This document shows, piece after piece, positions 13,199 to 28,100 of a stretch of 64,000 nucleotides of DNA. The notes below the pieces were generated by a model. That model was not told the origin of the DNA. It ran no database searches and was given only the letters and a program-made list of their open reading frames with translations. The DNA lies in contig NMRA01000083.1 in the NCBI GenBank assembly GCA_002633005.1, positions 136,896 to 200,895 on the forward strand, in the 5' to 3' direction. The position numbers and the translations under genes were made by a program. Source of the stretch: Phoronis australis. Taxonomy: Eukaryota > Animalia > Phoronida. Position 1 is the stretch's first letter; every line of letters begins with the position of its first letter.

Positions 13199-16100
13199 TC
13201 AATCTGGTGTAGCAGGAGGTTCCTTACTGAAGTACGGCGTAGCATCCTTCACCAGTATCGTATGACAGACGTCGCACACTTTAGACTGGCGCATGTTTGG
13301 ACCACCGTACACGACTTTGGATGTACACTCGGCGCAGAAGATCTTGCCACAGTGGCGACAATGATGCTAGAACGTAGAGACAACAAGAATGAAGCAAGCT
13401 CACAAAAAATGCATAACAACTGGAACATCTTCATTTTCATAGTGCATGATGGGAATATGAAGACATACCAAAACGAAAATAGATGATTTATTATGTAATA
13501 ACTTCATCAGGATATAAGGACGGAAATAGCATAAGTGAGTTGGTTGTACATTCGACTCATTTTGGAACCAGTGTCTCCCTGTTTAAAGAAAAAAGTGTCT
13601 CCCACATTACTTTTACTAAAATTCTTTTTTCAAAAACTAAAAAAATGTATCTTAAGAATTTGTTCGAAGTGGCTTGGCAACATTGCAACAATCGCCTCGT
13701 CTTTGACCTTAATTGATTAAGAGCAGGTTCCCAAAGGCAAGTGATGGACAACAACCAATGCTTTATGGGACATACAAAATATAAAACCTCTGGAAAGATA
13801 AGCGTTTGGAAAGTGTAACACTGGTTATCTTTGAACCCTCAATCCCATCCTCTAGTACACCCCTTCTGGAGACACGTCGAACATAAGATATTCCCTATCA
13901 GCTGGCTGATATACACAAAAAATATTTAGTGAATATGAAGTCAAATTACATGAATGCCCATACCATTTGGTTATACTACAAAGGGATCTCAGCCATAACA
14001 TCTGTCTGAACCAGCGTTTGAATTTATTAGAATTAATTAACTTTTTGTAATCAATTCCTGAAACATGACTGTTTAAAGTACACTGTATGTACTGAATTAC
14101 CAATAACATGAATCATCACCGTGACTTGTTTACTGAGCAAAGTAAAACACATTCGCATAACAATACGCAATGACCTGCTCTTGACTCCAGTTAACTGGCT
14201 GACCTATATAACCTGACCTACCTTACGTCGGGTGACTGTGAATGGCTGTTTACAGCTGGTGCAGTCCTCAATATCATCCTCATGCTGCCACCTGACCTCT
14301 GTCTCAGCCTGACGTATCTTCTCTAGTTGTACCTGACAGGTAAACAGTGGCTCAACTTAACGTCATCAAAATTTAGCCCATGGTTAAGGTACTCGAGAAA
14401 GGATACAGTTATGTTAAAGGTACATTTGAGTGCTGTTTAAGTAACGTTACCATCACATTGGGACATCCCGTGTCACACAATAGCAAGAGGCTAATGATTT
14501 GTTTTATTTTCTGATGGTCACAAAAAATAAGTCATGAAATAAGGCAAACTAACACTTCTTGTTTTCTAAGGTTATGAAACATAGGTGTTGCTTTAGGCTT
14601 AATAAACCACTAAACCACTTCATTCTGGCTTTATTTTACTTTGAAATAGGTCATTTTTACCCACTGACAGCGCTCAATAGAACTTTAATCAGTAACAATT
14701 ACCAATCCCCCAAAAGCTCAAACTCTACCCCGACACCAGTTGTTACCTCCTATATATAACAACACAACCACTCACAGACTGTACAATCATGTACATCATA
14801 AGTCCTACAGACCCCTCTGTGACAACACAACTGCTCACAGACTGTACATGAACATCATAAGTCCTACAGAACCCTCTGTGACAACACAACCACTCACAGA
14901 CTGTACATGAACATCATAAGTTCTACAGAACCCTCTGTGACAACACAGCCACTCACAGGCTGTACTTCTAAAGTACAAAACCGTCTGTTCACCTGAAGTG
15001 ACTGTACGTCTACAGTATACAGTCCTACAGACCTGTCTGCTCACCTGAAGTGACTACGTCTACAGTATACAGTCCTACGGACCAGTCTGCTCACCTGAAG
15101 TGACTGTGACAGTTTCACAAAGTCTCTTTGCACTGCTTCACTGTTGTCAAGGTCAACTTGTAATGATTGCACTTTGCCACGAAGTTTGGAATTGCCTTGT
15201 TCTAAGGAGGTCTAAAAAGTCAAGTCGAACATTTTTTTATAAATTTCCACAGATAACGTAACAGGGATAATGCCAAAGTATTTGTCCAAGTACAATATTA
15301 CCACTGAACTGCACTGAAACAAACTGCCCAGAGGAGAACAATTCCATGATATTTTCACACAGCTGAGGTGACAAAATCTTGTGGAATTGTTATTGTGCAA
15401 TATCCAAGATCATTTTCATGACAGAGACTTCAATTCATAAATTACAAATAAATGAACAAACAATAGATGCATTCCTGAGTAGTAGAGAAGACACACAGAC
15501 TTCCTACAGAATCACGTGAAAAGATACTAGAACAGCTTCAGCTTTACTGCATCGGACCCTGGCGGTAATTGAGTACAAATCCTTCATGTTACTCATGTTT
15601 CATTTTGTCACTCATGACTAAAATCATCTTTATGAGGGCATGTAAAAATTTTGAAATATTATTTCGAAGTCCATGCTTGTATGAAAACATGCAGTATCCA
15701 GACAGCTTAGAAAGCAAATAATGAGATTAATATCTGCCCCTTCTCACACACAAGTATCAATACACACATACCAACACATACCACCACACAACACCAACAT
15801 ACACGACACCAACACACCAACAGACACGATATCAACACACCAACAGACATGACACCAACACACCAACAGACACGACACCAACACACCAACAGACATGACA
15901 CAAGACACACCAACAGACACGAAAAAAACACACCGACACGACATCAACACACCAACAGACACGACACCAACAGACATGACACCAACAGACATGACATCAA
16001 TCCACCAACAGACACAACACCAACACACCAACAGACACGTCACCAGTCAAAACACCAACACACTAATAGACACAACATTAACAAGCACAACACCAACACA

Positions 16101-19100
16101 CATACACACACACATATACAGTCACCTACCCTCTCCTTTGTCTGTTCCTCCAGCTGTATGGTTAGTGCGTGGATCAGTTGCTTTGATTTGGCCTGTATAC
16201 TACGTAGTTGCTGTTCAGTGTCCTTCACCTTGCTCTCAGCCTCATTGCGTACCTTGGACTCCCGCTCCAGCTCTGATCGCACACTTTGGTGCATTGCTGC
16301 AGACACAGTAAGCACCATACCAAAAATCAACAAGAATATCAGCAACATCACTATGACTACCAAACAACACATCAATTCAATGTTACCATCATCGCAGACT
16401 ATATACTAGTGCCAACTAAATACCACTGGCTATGAAAGAACACAGTGTAATCATAACCATAATAAAACCCACAGTAATTAACTAAAAGTAATTACAAATA
16501 TTGTGGTGCATTTCTGCTAACACCAGAAATAAGTCACCACTGTACAAGCTTGTCTGCTCAATCTCTTTTTGGCACCTAGTATTCTCCAATTTATTGAGTA
16601 GCCAAACTTTCACGAACATCTCTCTACCGCACACTCCTATGTCCTGCAAGAACAATACATTGCTACTGCCTGCGTACCTTCCCTTCAAGGGAACTAATTT
16701 CTTGAGATCTGCTCGTCTCCATCTTTGTATTCTTCCCATTACAAGGAAATAAGTTCTCCCAAGAACATAATCTCATTGTCACTTACCTAACTTATACCCT
16801 AGAAAACTAATCTCCTGAGATAAGTTCTCCCAAGAACATCATATCACTAACACATACCTAACTTCTCTCGAACTAATTTCCTGAGATACATTCTCAAAAG
16901 AACATCATCTCACTATTACTTACCTAACTTCTCCTCCAAAGAACTAATCTCCTGAGATAAGTTCTCCTCAATCCTTGTCTTCTCTTCATGCTCACTGTGC
17001 ACCTGGTCCTTCAAGAACATTATCTCACTCTTCAAGTTGCCCTCAATATGTTCACGTGCTACTTTAGCAGTGATGATCTCTTCACGGTACTTCAACAACA
17101 GCAGCTGCATATCCTACAATAGAGAAACCACCAACAGGATAGAGATACAGTGCATTGTAAGTTCCCAGCAAACAACGGTTGCAGAAACAAAAACAAAATC
17201 TCACCAAATTCAGACAAAAATACTTTTACAAAGGCCACTATTGTGAATGTATGTAATTTCTCAAACCATTGCCTGATGTTCGCTAAATAAAATAACTGCA
17301 CGAGGTCTGGTACACATTGTACCATACGTGAGCAGGCAGCTCAGGTGGACCCATTGCAGTGATCACCTGGAACCATTTTTATGCTTTATTAGTGCACCTG
17401 GCTGAGGAGCTAGAAAGCTGACTCAAGGGTCTAGCAGTGTGCCCCAGTGGAATGTTAGCTAAGGTATAGAACTTAAAAATGATAAAGCACACATTACTTA
17501 CTACTTATCTTTCATAGTAAAATTAAGACATGAAATTTCCATTGGCCGCAAATATTGTGTCCTGTCTTGGTGATACGTCACCATATAGAAGTGACTTTAC
17601 AATGCTTAGTTGACATCGAGTTGCAGTAACAATGGGCTTCATACCATGAAGTTGTAGCCAAAACATCAAGGGCAACACACCAATAATTCGTTGCCAATAG
17701 TCTTGAACTAAACTGTTTCCCAAAGTGGGGATTTGCCAAAAGACTTAGGTCACGGTAATTCTTCACAATATGGCTGACAAGTGTAATTCTGTGATGTTAA
17801 ATTTCTCTACAAAACACTAACAAAATTCACTCTATTTCTACCATAACTTGCTAATATGTGGATGCCAAAACACTAAACAATTACTCTATTTCTAGCTTAA
17901 TTTGCAGTATGTGGATGTCAAAAACAACATTTAGTAAAATTTCCATTATTTTCATCAATCCAATACACCTTATTCATGCAGTCCCCATGTTAAAAAGAGC
18001 CTCCTAGATTTTAAAAAACAATGCAGTCTGAGCTTCATCACACCACAAAATGTGATTTTTTTTCACATGCCTCATTATACTTATGTCTCAATGTTTTTTA
18101 AATCTAAACGGAGGCTCTTTTTAAAACCACAACAGCATGAATAAGGTCTATTGGCACTTGAAGAATGGAAAAAACTGAATATTTTGATTATCATTTTAGT
18201 GTAAACTAAGTGAGGAATTTCAGTACTGGCTCTCTGCACCAAATGGTGCCTGTCATTACCCAAGAGTCAGTAGGGCACATAATACGACGTGTGTATTCTA
18301 AACTGGTCTCACTTCCAGAACTAATTAATGAAAATGTCGAAAAAAAATTAAACTTAACCGACATGAAGGAGTTCCATGCAACGGTCTACATTGTCTGCAG
18401 CTTCAAAGCTGTCAAAAATTGCTCAGGTTGTAAAAAGTGAGAAATCTGTACACTGCAGGCCAAAGAGGTCAAAACTAATCAGAGGTTCTATAGCGCATAC
18501 ATAGTCGAAGCCTACAGATCAGTGGCACCATTTTTAAATTAAAACCATCCTTACAGAATTAAAGAGGCATTGAACATGACAGCTCGACAAAAATATAGTT
18601 TAAACAATTCCTGGCGAAAGTACGATCTCGCATAGTCTAGTGCAGACTAATTCACTTTCCCCTATGAGGAAATTTCCAGAAAAAAATTTAAAAATTCACG
18701 ATTTTTGAAATGCGTGCAAAGGAAAAACTCTGTGGTTACAACAAAATTTCTAGTCTGCCACCCACTTATGATAAATGCATGCATGCGCTCATAGTCCATT
18801 GCTTGGAAGTTTCTTGAGGTCAAAGTTCACATTTTCCACATAAGGGAAATGTGCTACGTCTATGTCTTGCCATATACCAAGTAAGAAGACCTGTTTTGCT
18901 TTGTGGGAGAAAAACCGATGAAGTGGCGAGCAGTTGACAGATCGTTTTTTTATTGAAATTTGAATCAAAAAGAAAATGCTTTGCTATCAACAGAAATTAG
19001 AAATCTTTCCGAACAAACCCTAAATATACCTGGTGAACAGGTTAAATTCTTTGTCAGTGGTAGAGAACCACTTTCAGTATTGCAATTTAGTCCATTTATT

Positions 19101-22100
19101 GCGTTCCAGGACACACAAAAGCCTATGTGAGCACGGAATAAGAAGATCCAAAACAGTAACCCATGTAGCTATTACATCCTCAGACTATAAATTTAAAAAC
19201 TGCACAAAAAGAGAGCGAACATTACCTAGACTGTGATAAGTGTGGCAAAAAAAAACTATTCAGTTGTTATCTAAAACCAAGCAAACACTATCATAGGGTA
19301 AATCACACCTACATAAAAATGTAGCGGATGATAACAACAACAATTACATTACAAAATGAACGTGTATGTAAGGGAACAAAAAAAATCTAAGCAGAAGCCC
19401 GTCAGAAATTTCTCCCCATAACTTGTTTGAATAAGTCAACCTAGTTGTTATTATATCACATCAAATGAATCTGAGTACACTGACACATAGCTGACTGTAA
19501 CACCTGTAGACCGGGACGCTACAGACTCCAATGGTTTTTATTACCATTGTCTAGGTCCCAAAAATACACACAATGCATCAAACCAAGCCTGCGTTATCAG
19601 TTGTGAGGTAAGTAAACAGATCAGTTGTAACCTGTTGAACTGGAAGTTCAGAGAGCACTTACTGGAATTAAGAGAACATTCATTACAGTTCCGGGAGATA
19701 TGACTACACGGAATTCAGGGAGATGTGCTGCCAATAAGGGTGCGTGAACACCTACTGATCAGAGTTATGAAACTAGACGTGGTTAATGTATGAGAGACAA
19801 CTGCTGATTGAAAGAAATTGGGTGAGTCGTTACAGCAGACAGGTGAAACACGGGTGACCAACTACAGAAATATCGGTAATAGTCTGATATAACGTGCCTG
19901 AATTTTTAGAACAAGTTTTCCCCCACTAAATAATGGGTCTCAAAACGGGGGCACGTTATATCAGACTATTGCCGAAATATCTATGAGCACGGAGGAGAAA
20001 GTTTGCATAGTAGTGCCAGTCAATTTCATTTGACTTCACATGAAAACGTAAAACTTTTGTGACTATAATTCTTGCTGATTCTGTAAGCACCGCATACCGA
20101 CACAATTTCAAGTTAGGCCTTCCTCTAGGGAGCATCCAAGACATCCAAGAGGCACTCTGCCTCAGATTTAAACACCCTATCTAGGACGCCCTGCTCAACA
20201 TTTGTATGCCTAAGTACAGTAAGCAAGTAAGCATCGATGTCTTTTTTAACAGCAGACATAGAAGCTCATTAGCATTGGTCTGTCCAGAATAGAAAAATAA
20301 GTTAAAATATGATGCAAGATACAACAAACTTTATCAGTGGTCAAGAGTAGCACGTGACCAACTGAATGAATACACGCGGGACCGTACCATTACGTGCGCC
20401 ATCTGGTGCATTCTGAGGACCTCAAACAAAGAGCAACTAACACGATTCCATCTCGAATACGCGCAGCCTACACTTGCTTGACCACAGATTAGCACTAGTA
20501 AAAATGTAACAATACAGGATAAAGGTACGACGAAATGTGTATTTTGTACATTTTCAACTAAGATAATGGCAGGCGTACTGTGATGGACAGCACTGTTGAG
20601 CTTTGACATTTTTAAAACTGGGTCATCTTTAATCCTGTTTACAGAAATCTGCAATGTTTGATTACACTGGACCTTACATTCAATGTCGAAGGCGCGTACC
20701 ATTGTGTTTGGGATCAATATAAAATAAAACAATGACTTTTAACTTAGCTGGCACTCCTCTGTCAAAAAAGGAAGGGAATACAGAACCACAGGGCCAACCT
20801 TAACAATTTTTACTATCTGTACTGAGCAAACTAACAGTGCCAGGTTGTGAAACTGAATGAGCTGGGTGTGCACACATGAAACTTTCAATCAAAGGCAAAG
20901 ATTGTTATAACACCCTCATGAACTGATTGTGACTGAACACTGAGGACTGAACACTGAGGACTGAACAAGCTTAACAGAAATAATCATAAACGCATGAATA
21001 GTGAAATAGTCCTAACTCATTCATGCAATATAAATACAGTCTGGACTTCCAGCAAAAGGCATTGACGGGATTTACAACGCTTCAATGAGAGCAGTAAAAA
21101 AGTGAGGGCCTTTCCATGCTAAACTGGAGTTTCGGGTGAGTTTGAAAAATGACAGATCATATATCAGAGTGGTTTATAGACAGCATCTGATGAAATGGAA
21201 ACATGATATGATTTTTCATTTGAACTGAGTATCGAGCAATAGGATGAGAAAAAATACTAATACTGTACAAACGGAAAGTTCCGTTTCAAACAAATTCTTC
21301 AGATTTTCATCAGAATGGCTTCAGACTAAAGTAAACACAAATAACACCCTGGTTACTATGAACTGTTTTTCAGACTTTTTAAGGTTACGTGTACCCCTAT
21401 TTAACAAAAATACCATTTAAACGTCTGGGCTAACTATACGGAAAATCCTGGACATGGTTTTCTAGCATTTTCATCAAAGTTTTAATACATAAAATTTGGT
21501 GAATGCTGTTAAAAGGGCTTTTCCTTATCAATGTACCTTTCAAAATCAACATTTTTACCAAAACGCATCCTCATGGTACAGTGTTGTGAATGACATGTGT
21601 AGATTCATTTCACAACGGCAGTCAGTCGTGTGATCGAGGGCCTCAGCTGCAGGCTTGAAACGTCATGCTCAACTGATCAAATGTCTCCAATTAAGTAATT
21701 TTCCCGCTTTTACATGCATCGTCACAGTAAACAACGATGAACAATTTTAACCATGATTGTTTCGATTCCTAGTTTCAGAAAATATACATTTTTATGAATT
21801 GCCAGTCGCTAGTTACTTAGATATCTCAAGAAAAACAATTAATGAGGGGTGCCTATCACTCATTCTTAACTAACATGGGAACATTCTTTAGTGCCACAAA
21901 CATAAAACCAATGCTTATAAGTAGAGAATAAACACCACACCTCTGTGTGTGGTTAACAGAAAAATATCAAATAATATTTGATGTCAGAAAACATAACCTT
22001 AAAATCAACAGATGATTGGATTCACATTTGTCTTGGATCAATGGTCCAAAGACCCCAATATACAAACTTGCAATCAAAACCAAACAGCCATTTGCCCTGT

Positions 22101-25100
22101 TGGTGCACTTCAGACAGTCCATATATAAATAACCACAAGTATGACTGAGTGGTGCCCACAGATGTTTTTTAACCATGTTCTGGTGCATGCAGTAAATGGA
22201 CTTGACCCTGTAACCTGTATAGTAATGACCTGGATAGGCCAGTGATTAGACAGAGGAAATCCTAAAGTTTGACTCAGGCACTGATGAAGTTATGACAAGT
22301 TGGAGAGTTTTATAAACAAGTTGTTCACTAAGGGTCACTATAGAATGAACTGTGGCAAAGACTTTACTGATCAGGTAAGTTGGCCAATGTTTCTAATAAC
22401 AGGATTACACACTTAGGCACCTAATTATTAAAAGCACGTTAATTGATCAACTTTGATGTTCATCAGGATTAACGAGATGCCTCACCATACAGCTATTCAT
22501 CTGCTGTATGTTCCACAAGACCACAATCCTTCATGAAATAGAATACGACTTAGAACTAAAAGAAAGGCAAAATTTCACTGAAATAACAGTGTGCACATTA
22601 CTTGATGTAAATATTTATAACCCAAGTTGTAATCACTGAGCAAGACTTCAGATGTGCCACTATTACAAATCTACCGATACAGTGTTAAAATTTGCTCCAG
22701 ACGGCAATATTATCACATTTTGTCAGTGTCCTTTGGCACAAGAATGATAACTCCAGTGAACAGATAAGCCATTTACCATGCCTTCACATTGACGGATAAC
22801 AGCAAGACATATATTGGGCATATAAGGTAACACCTACATTTGACGAACACTTCAGTGTGTAAACTTACATGTACTAAATTAATTTTATTTTTCTGTCTGA
22901 TATTCTCATATAAAAACACCTGAGAAAACCCACTGCACAGGTGCTGCACAATACTTATCATTGACTATGAATACAAGACGCCCAAGGTACACTTGCAAGT
23001 CACCTTATAATACATGTAGTCTTCTATTACAACACAAAGTGTTTCTGATATTAGGGTGGTATAACACTCAATAGCTGTGATGTAATCCTGGAGACTTGAA
23101 GGACTACCAATGATATGAAAAGGCTTTTATCCACTCATGGTACATGGACAATTAATAAACATAACACCTTTACTAGACCCAGTTATTTTGGGCCTGCTGG
23201 TGGAACTACCTATAGTAAATTGCTGAAACACAAGAATTTTGACTGCAGCTAGAAAGTGTGCGAGCGACTGGAGAAGGTGTATAAAGAAGAAGTTACATCA
23301 AGAATTCTTACAAGGTATTCTTATATGTAAATCTGACAAATTCAGGATAAAACAGAAATTTCCATTTTTTTTCAAAAAAGTAGTTATATACCCTACCCAC
23401 CATCAGACAATATTTTGAGAAATTGTGAGCATTCAAAATAATGTCAAGAACCTATTAAAAATGGGAAAAAATGTCAGTTTTGGCAATTATTCTTGTTCCA
23501 AGTAGGTGAAATTTTATCGTGCTCTCGAAAAAAATGTAATTAAAATGGAATGGCAAACAATCAGTTGTTTGACTTTGATACCTGTATGCTTTATTAATGT
23601 CCCTCACGGGCATTCTCTTGCAAGTATTGGGCAGAGAGATGCTATCAGATATTCAAAATTAACACCTAGGCAACAGGGACAATGTGTACCAGAGACAATA
23701 TCGAATTACAAAAAATTCTACCTGAGGCAATACCGTGACTGTCTACTGTGCCCCATCAAGGGAGAGGGCTTTTAATTATCCTGTCATACATAACAGAGAG
23801 TAGCCAATTGCATCACAGTGATTGACCTTCAAAATCTATGAGCATCGACAAATTCCCAAAGCTTATAAATCTGCAACAGTAAACTGCTTATGGTAATCTC
23901 CAATTTCTCACATTAATAATTGCCAAAAGAGCATTGATACATTGCTCAAAATTTTTACTGAAGCTTCATTATTTGATAACCGGTCAATTTTTTCAATAAT
24001 TCTATTTTTGTTAAGAAATTCGACAATATAAAGTTCCACGTGTCCATCACCTAAGTGCTACAATGAAGAGTGTTTACCACGTCTATCGTTTTCTCATTTT
24101 TAGGAGATTGAATTTACAATTGTGATATGCAGTGCTACACAGGAAGTAACGATGTAGCCACATGTCAGATCATAGCAACATGGTGCCAGTAGTAGTTGCT
24201 ATAAATCCCGGTAGGGGGGAACTGCTGACTGCTGGGTAGCAGACATAAATAATGAGAACATCTGTTGAACACCACGAGACATACACATAAACCAGAGTGT
24301 ACATCAGTGATATAACATACAGGTAGGTCACACAAGATAGGTATTACAACCAGGTGTTTTTCAAATATGGCTCAGAGGTAACAGTAATATTTATGTTTTA
24401 CTTTTCAGAAACTCCCCAGTGTTGCATTGACGCTTATGATGATTGGACTACCATACAAGTACAACCAGTAACTTAAAACGCAAGAGCAGATCTTCACAGA
24501 AGGAAGCTGGGTTTACAATGATGGAAACATTTTAAACCATTGAGTAATACTTGAAAAAGGAATTTCTCGACAATGATATTCAAAGATCATCTACTCGCAG
24601 ACGTTAAGGTAGAGTTTAAATACAAGACACCAACTGGTGAACACCACTCCTCGCCAGACGTCGTTTCTAAAGAGGACCAGATATTTACTGCAACGCCATC
24701 TATGGATGACGATGATGATATACCAAGTGACTCTGAGTCAGGCAGTGATACACATGAAGAGGTCTATTGGCAATTCGATTCCCAAGAAACAAGCGAGGAA
24801 GAAGAAGATAGCAAGGTACGGACTGTAAAATGGACACTGTCGGTCACAACAGAACATGATGTACCTTTTAAGCAATCATTCTTAACATTTTATAAGTTCA
24901 AGCGCAACCAAATACTTTAATTTTCGTGATAACATTTTTTTCAATTCCACCAATTACCTAGGAATATTTCTGAAATATACAGTCGAAAACCCATCATAAA
25001 ATAGTCACTTCCAATAGAAAGTTGCCAAATTCCCCAATGTTTAAAATATCCCCATTGAATGAACAACCATATTCTATCAAGTAATGAAACGGACAATATC

Positions 25101-28100
25101 AAAAATATAGCTTTCTGTCTAGAACTTACAAAATACATATTAAGTACTTGTTATACTTGTTCATAATGAGTTACCGTGGTAACCTTGCACCACATCTACG
25201 GGGTTCAATGGTGTGGTTTCCTGGTAGGTTCTGTGTATTAATATAGAAAAATAACATTTACTGTATCGTATCATATTGTATTGTAGTATTGCCCACTATA
25301 ATATATATATCACTGTTTTTATTGTTGTTATTACTAGGTGACATGAAGTTTCTCCGAGTATGTTGCTTTGTCATATAATTTTCTCTATTTGTTTCTTGAT
25401 CGCATGCTACAGATCGCAATTCTCATCACATCAATGCAAAATTTACACACGAGTGTTTTGTGAATGGCTGGAAGCCTATAGTTTTGTGAATGGCTGGAAG
25501 CCTATAGTTTTGTGAATGGCTGGAAGCCTATAGTTTTTCGGCGTAATTTGATTCAGGATGGCAGACATGACTGCCATTTTGTTTTTGAATTCACATTCAA
25601 ATGCTCATACACGCTGCAACTTTTTTGATGAAGACGGCTGAAAATTTGAAAGATTATAGTAGCAGACGTGCATTAGACACGGGCTGTAAATCATTAACTT
25701 TCGATCAAAGATGGCAGAAAGATCAGCCTTTTCATTTGGGCACCTCGATTTCAGGACGAAAACGTGTTGTCCTGTACAGAACGCATTGTAGAACCAATTG
25801 TTTTGAAATTTTTCATAATAGTTTCCTGCGAGTAGCTATTATCAAGTGCTGCATAACCAGAAGTTGTTTTTAACGGATCTGATGCATTTCTATCATTGTG
25901 CAATGGTACTCGGGTGCTATTTTGAAAAGGAAGAGCAAATGACATGAATTTTTGCATATGAACTCTTTAAGGTATATTCTTTCAAATGAACACTAACAAA
26001 TTTTTTCTCAGACTTGTCGTTTTTTAGTTATTTGAATTATTTTCAATTTCAAAAAAATGCAAAATTTGAAATTTTAAAAAAAATTAGATGAATTTTGTGA
26101 AGCTACTGTGTTAGATTAGGGTTTTGGCTACGCTTTCAGAAGTTTTCCATTTTTTGCTACGAAGTCTCTTTTTTAATTATTCGGAATTTTCTGACAACAC
26201 TGTTTCCTTGTTGACTGATTTTTGCAGCACTGTTGGTTTTTTGTTAGTTTTTTTCTTTATTCAAACACTACAAATCGCAATTCTTATTGTAGCAGCATAG
26301 GGGTCATGGATGTTTATTAATAAGTTCTTTAAAGTTTTAATTTCTTTCACCTAGTGTCGCTCTTCACCGTTTTCGATTATTGTCTACTTACATTAGTACA
26401 TTTTACTTTGTTGGTGGTCAGCTATTAGCAGTCCATGCCTTCGCTGGACACCAATTCTATGGTTTTCTGCCTTGTAAAATGTGAATCATGTTTCTCTCAC
26501 TTTCTTAGTGTAGTAATAATAACACACCCAGCACACACCTACTGAAATTCAGCCAACGATGGGTAAAAGCAGATAAAAGAATTCATCAGTACAAAGCAAC
26601 TGAAAATTATACAAGATTGTGTTCGTATTATTTGACATGTTTGGCTCTTTGTCCCATTTTTAATATAAATCCCCTAGTGGATGAGAAACAACCAATTTAA
26701 ATTTTCTCATTGCAGGGGTCCTTCCACAGGAAAAGATTGCTGAGATCAAACCATTTGAAGAGGATTTTGGACAGAATAAAAAACATTCCGCAACGATCTC
26801 AAAGCCTAGACACCGCAGACTGGGCGAATAAGTGCCTCAGTCAAACAGTCAGCCACAGTCTTCCACAACTTAACACTGAAGACAAAGACAGGGGAAACTC
26901 ACCAACTGCAATATACAAACAAACTTTCAAAACAAGTGCTCCCAACTTGAGTGATGACTCTGCAATCAGGAGCAGCAGTACAACGCCAGAAGTGCCATCT
27001 GTTGGTGACCGTATGTTACCCAAACGGGTGTCTTTACTATCCAGACGTCAGCAGCAAAACAGCGAGCCAATTATCAAACATGTCATGAATGCAATCCATC
27101 ACACAGGACTGCAAGCAGGTGGCGCTACGGTGCGTCACACTGTGAGCCCACAACCTGGGCTAAAGCAGACGAACCAGACAAGCAGAGAACAAATCAGCAG
27201 ACAGTTGCAGTCAACCAATGACAAGTCACTACGTAAATACACGGGAGATGGCAGCAACCTGGTGAATAAATATGAATTTATGTACATGAGCAACAATGAA
27301 ACAAGTGACAGTGACTCGGACAGTAATATGTCTGATGAATCAGAAGTGGATTCAAAATGCTTCAGCACAACAAGGGAGCTAAATTTACTCATTACAGCAC
27401 ACGACAAAACGAAGGCGCTGACATCTTTACCAGCTCTAAACAACAACGACCCGGAATATTTTGTCAGCCCAGAATCCAATGTACTGATAAGAGCCGAGTT
27501 GGACACCAAAATAAGTCACTCCAACTGGGTCGATTTCTCCGACATGCGTCTCCTCTCACTGCCCCCGTCACTGACCTCGCACGAACACGTTCAAGCCCTG
27601 AAGCTAGACGGCAACTGGATACAGAAACTACCAGATGACATCAACTTGTTAGATAACCTACAGTGCATCAGTATCCGTGGTAACTACTTATATAATGTGC
27701 CGGAGAACTTGGATAAGTGTGAACACCTCCAGTGGCTGAACTTGGAAGACAACAGTCTGACCACTTTGCCCGGTCATGTGACCCATCTGCAACAGTTGAG
27801 TTACCTTAACGTGAAGAAAAACTCACTGGAAAATTTCCCTCATGTGATCACTACCCTACAGAACCTTGCAGTGCTTGACTTGAGTGAGAACACACACTTG
27901 AAGTTGAAGCCTGGTTACCTCAAACACCTAAAGCACTTGACATGGCTATCGTTAGCGGCAACAGTTACCCTGGCAATACCAACAGACATCGACCAATGTA
28001 CTAAGCTTCAACACTTGGATATTTCACGCAACATTCTGCGGCGCTTACCACCCAGTATCAAAAACCTTACAAATTTGAGATATATAAACTTAAGCAAGAA

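Noticed and set aside
15707-16409. Long T/H/Q-rich and V/C-rich ORFs
   Set aside because: Translations of an AC-rich repeat plus the antisense of a RABEP1 exon.
23340-24020. Weak inverted similarity around TTTTGGCAATTATT / AATAATTGCCAAAA
   Set aside because: Possibly an old TIR element, but too degenerate to define ends.
27135-27638. Overlapping ORFs within the LRR exon
   Set aside because: Alternative-frame and antisense by-products of a long coding exon.
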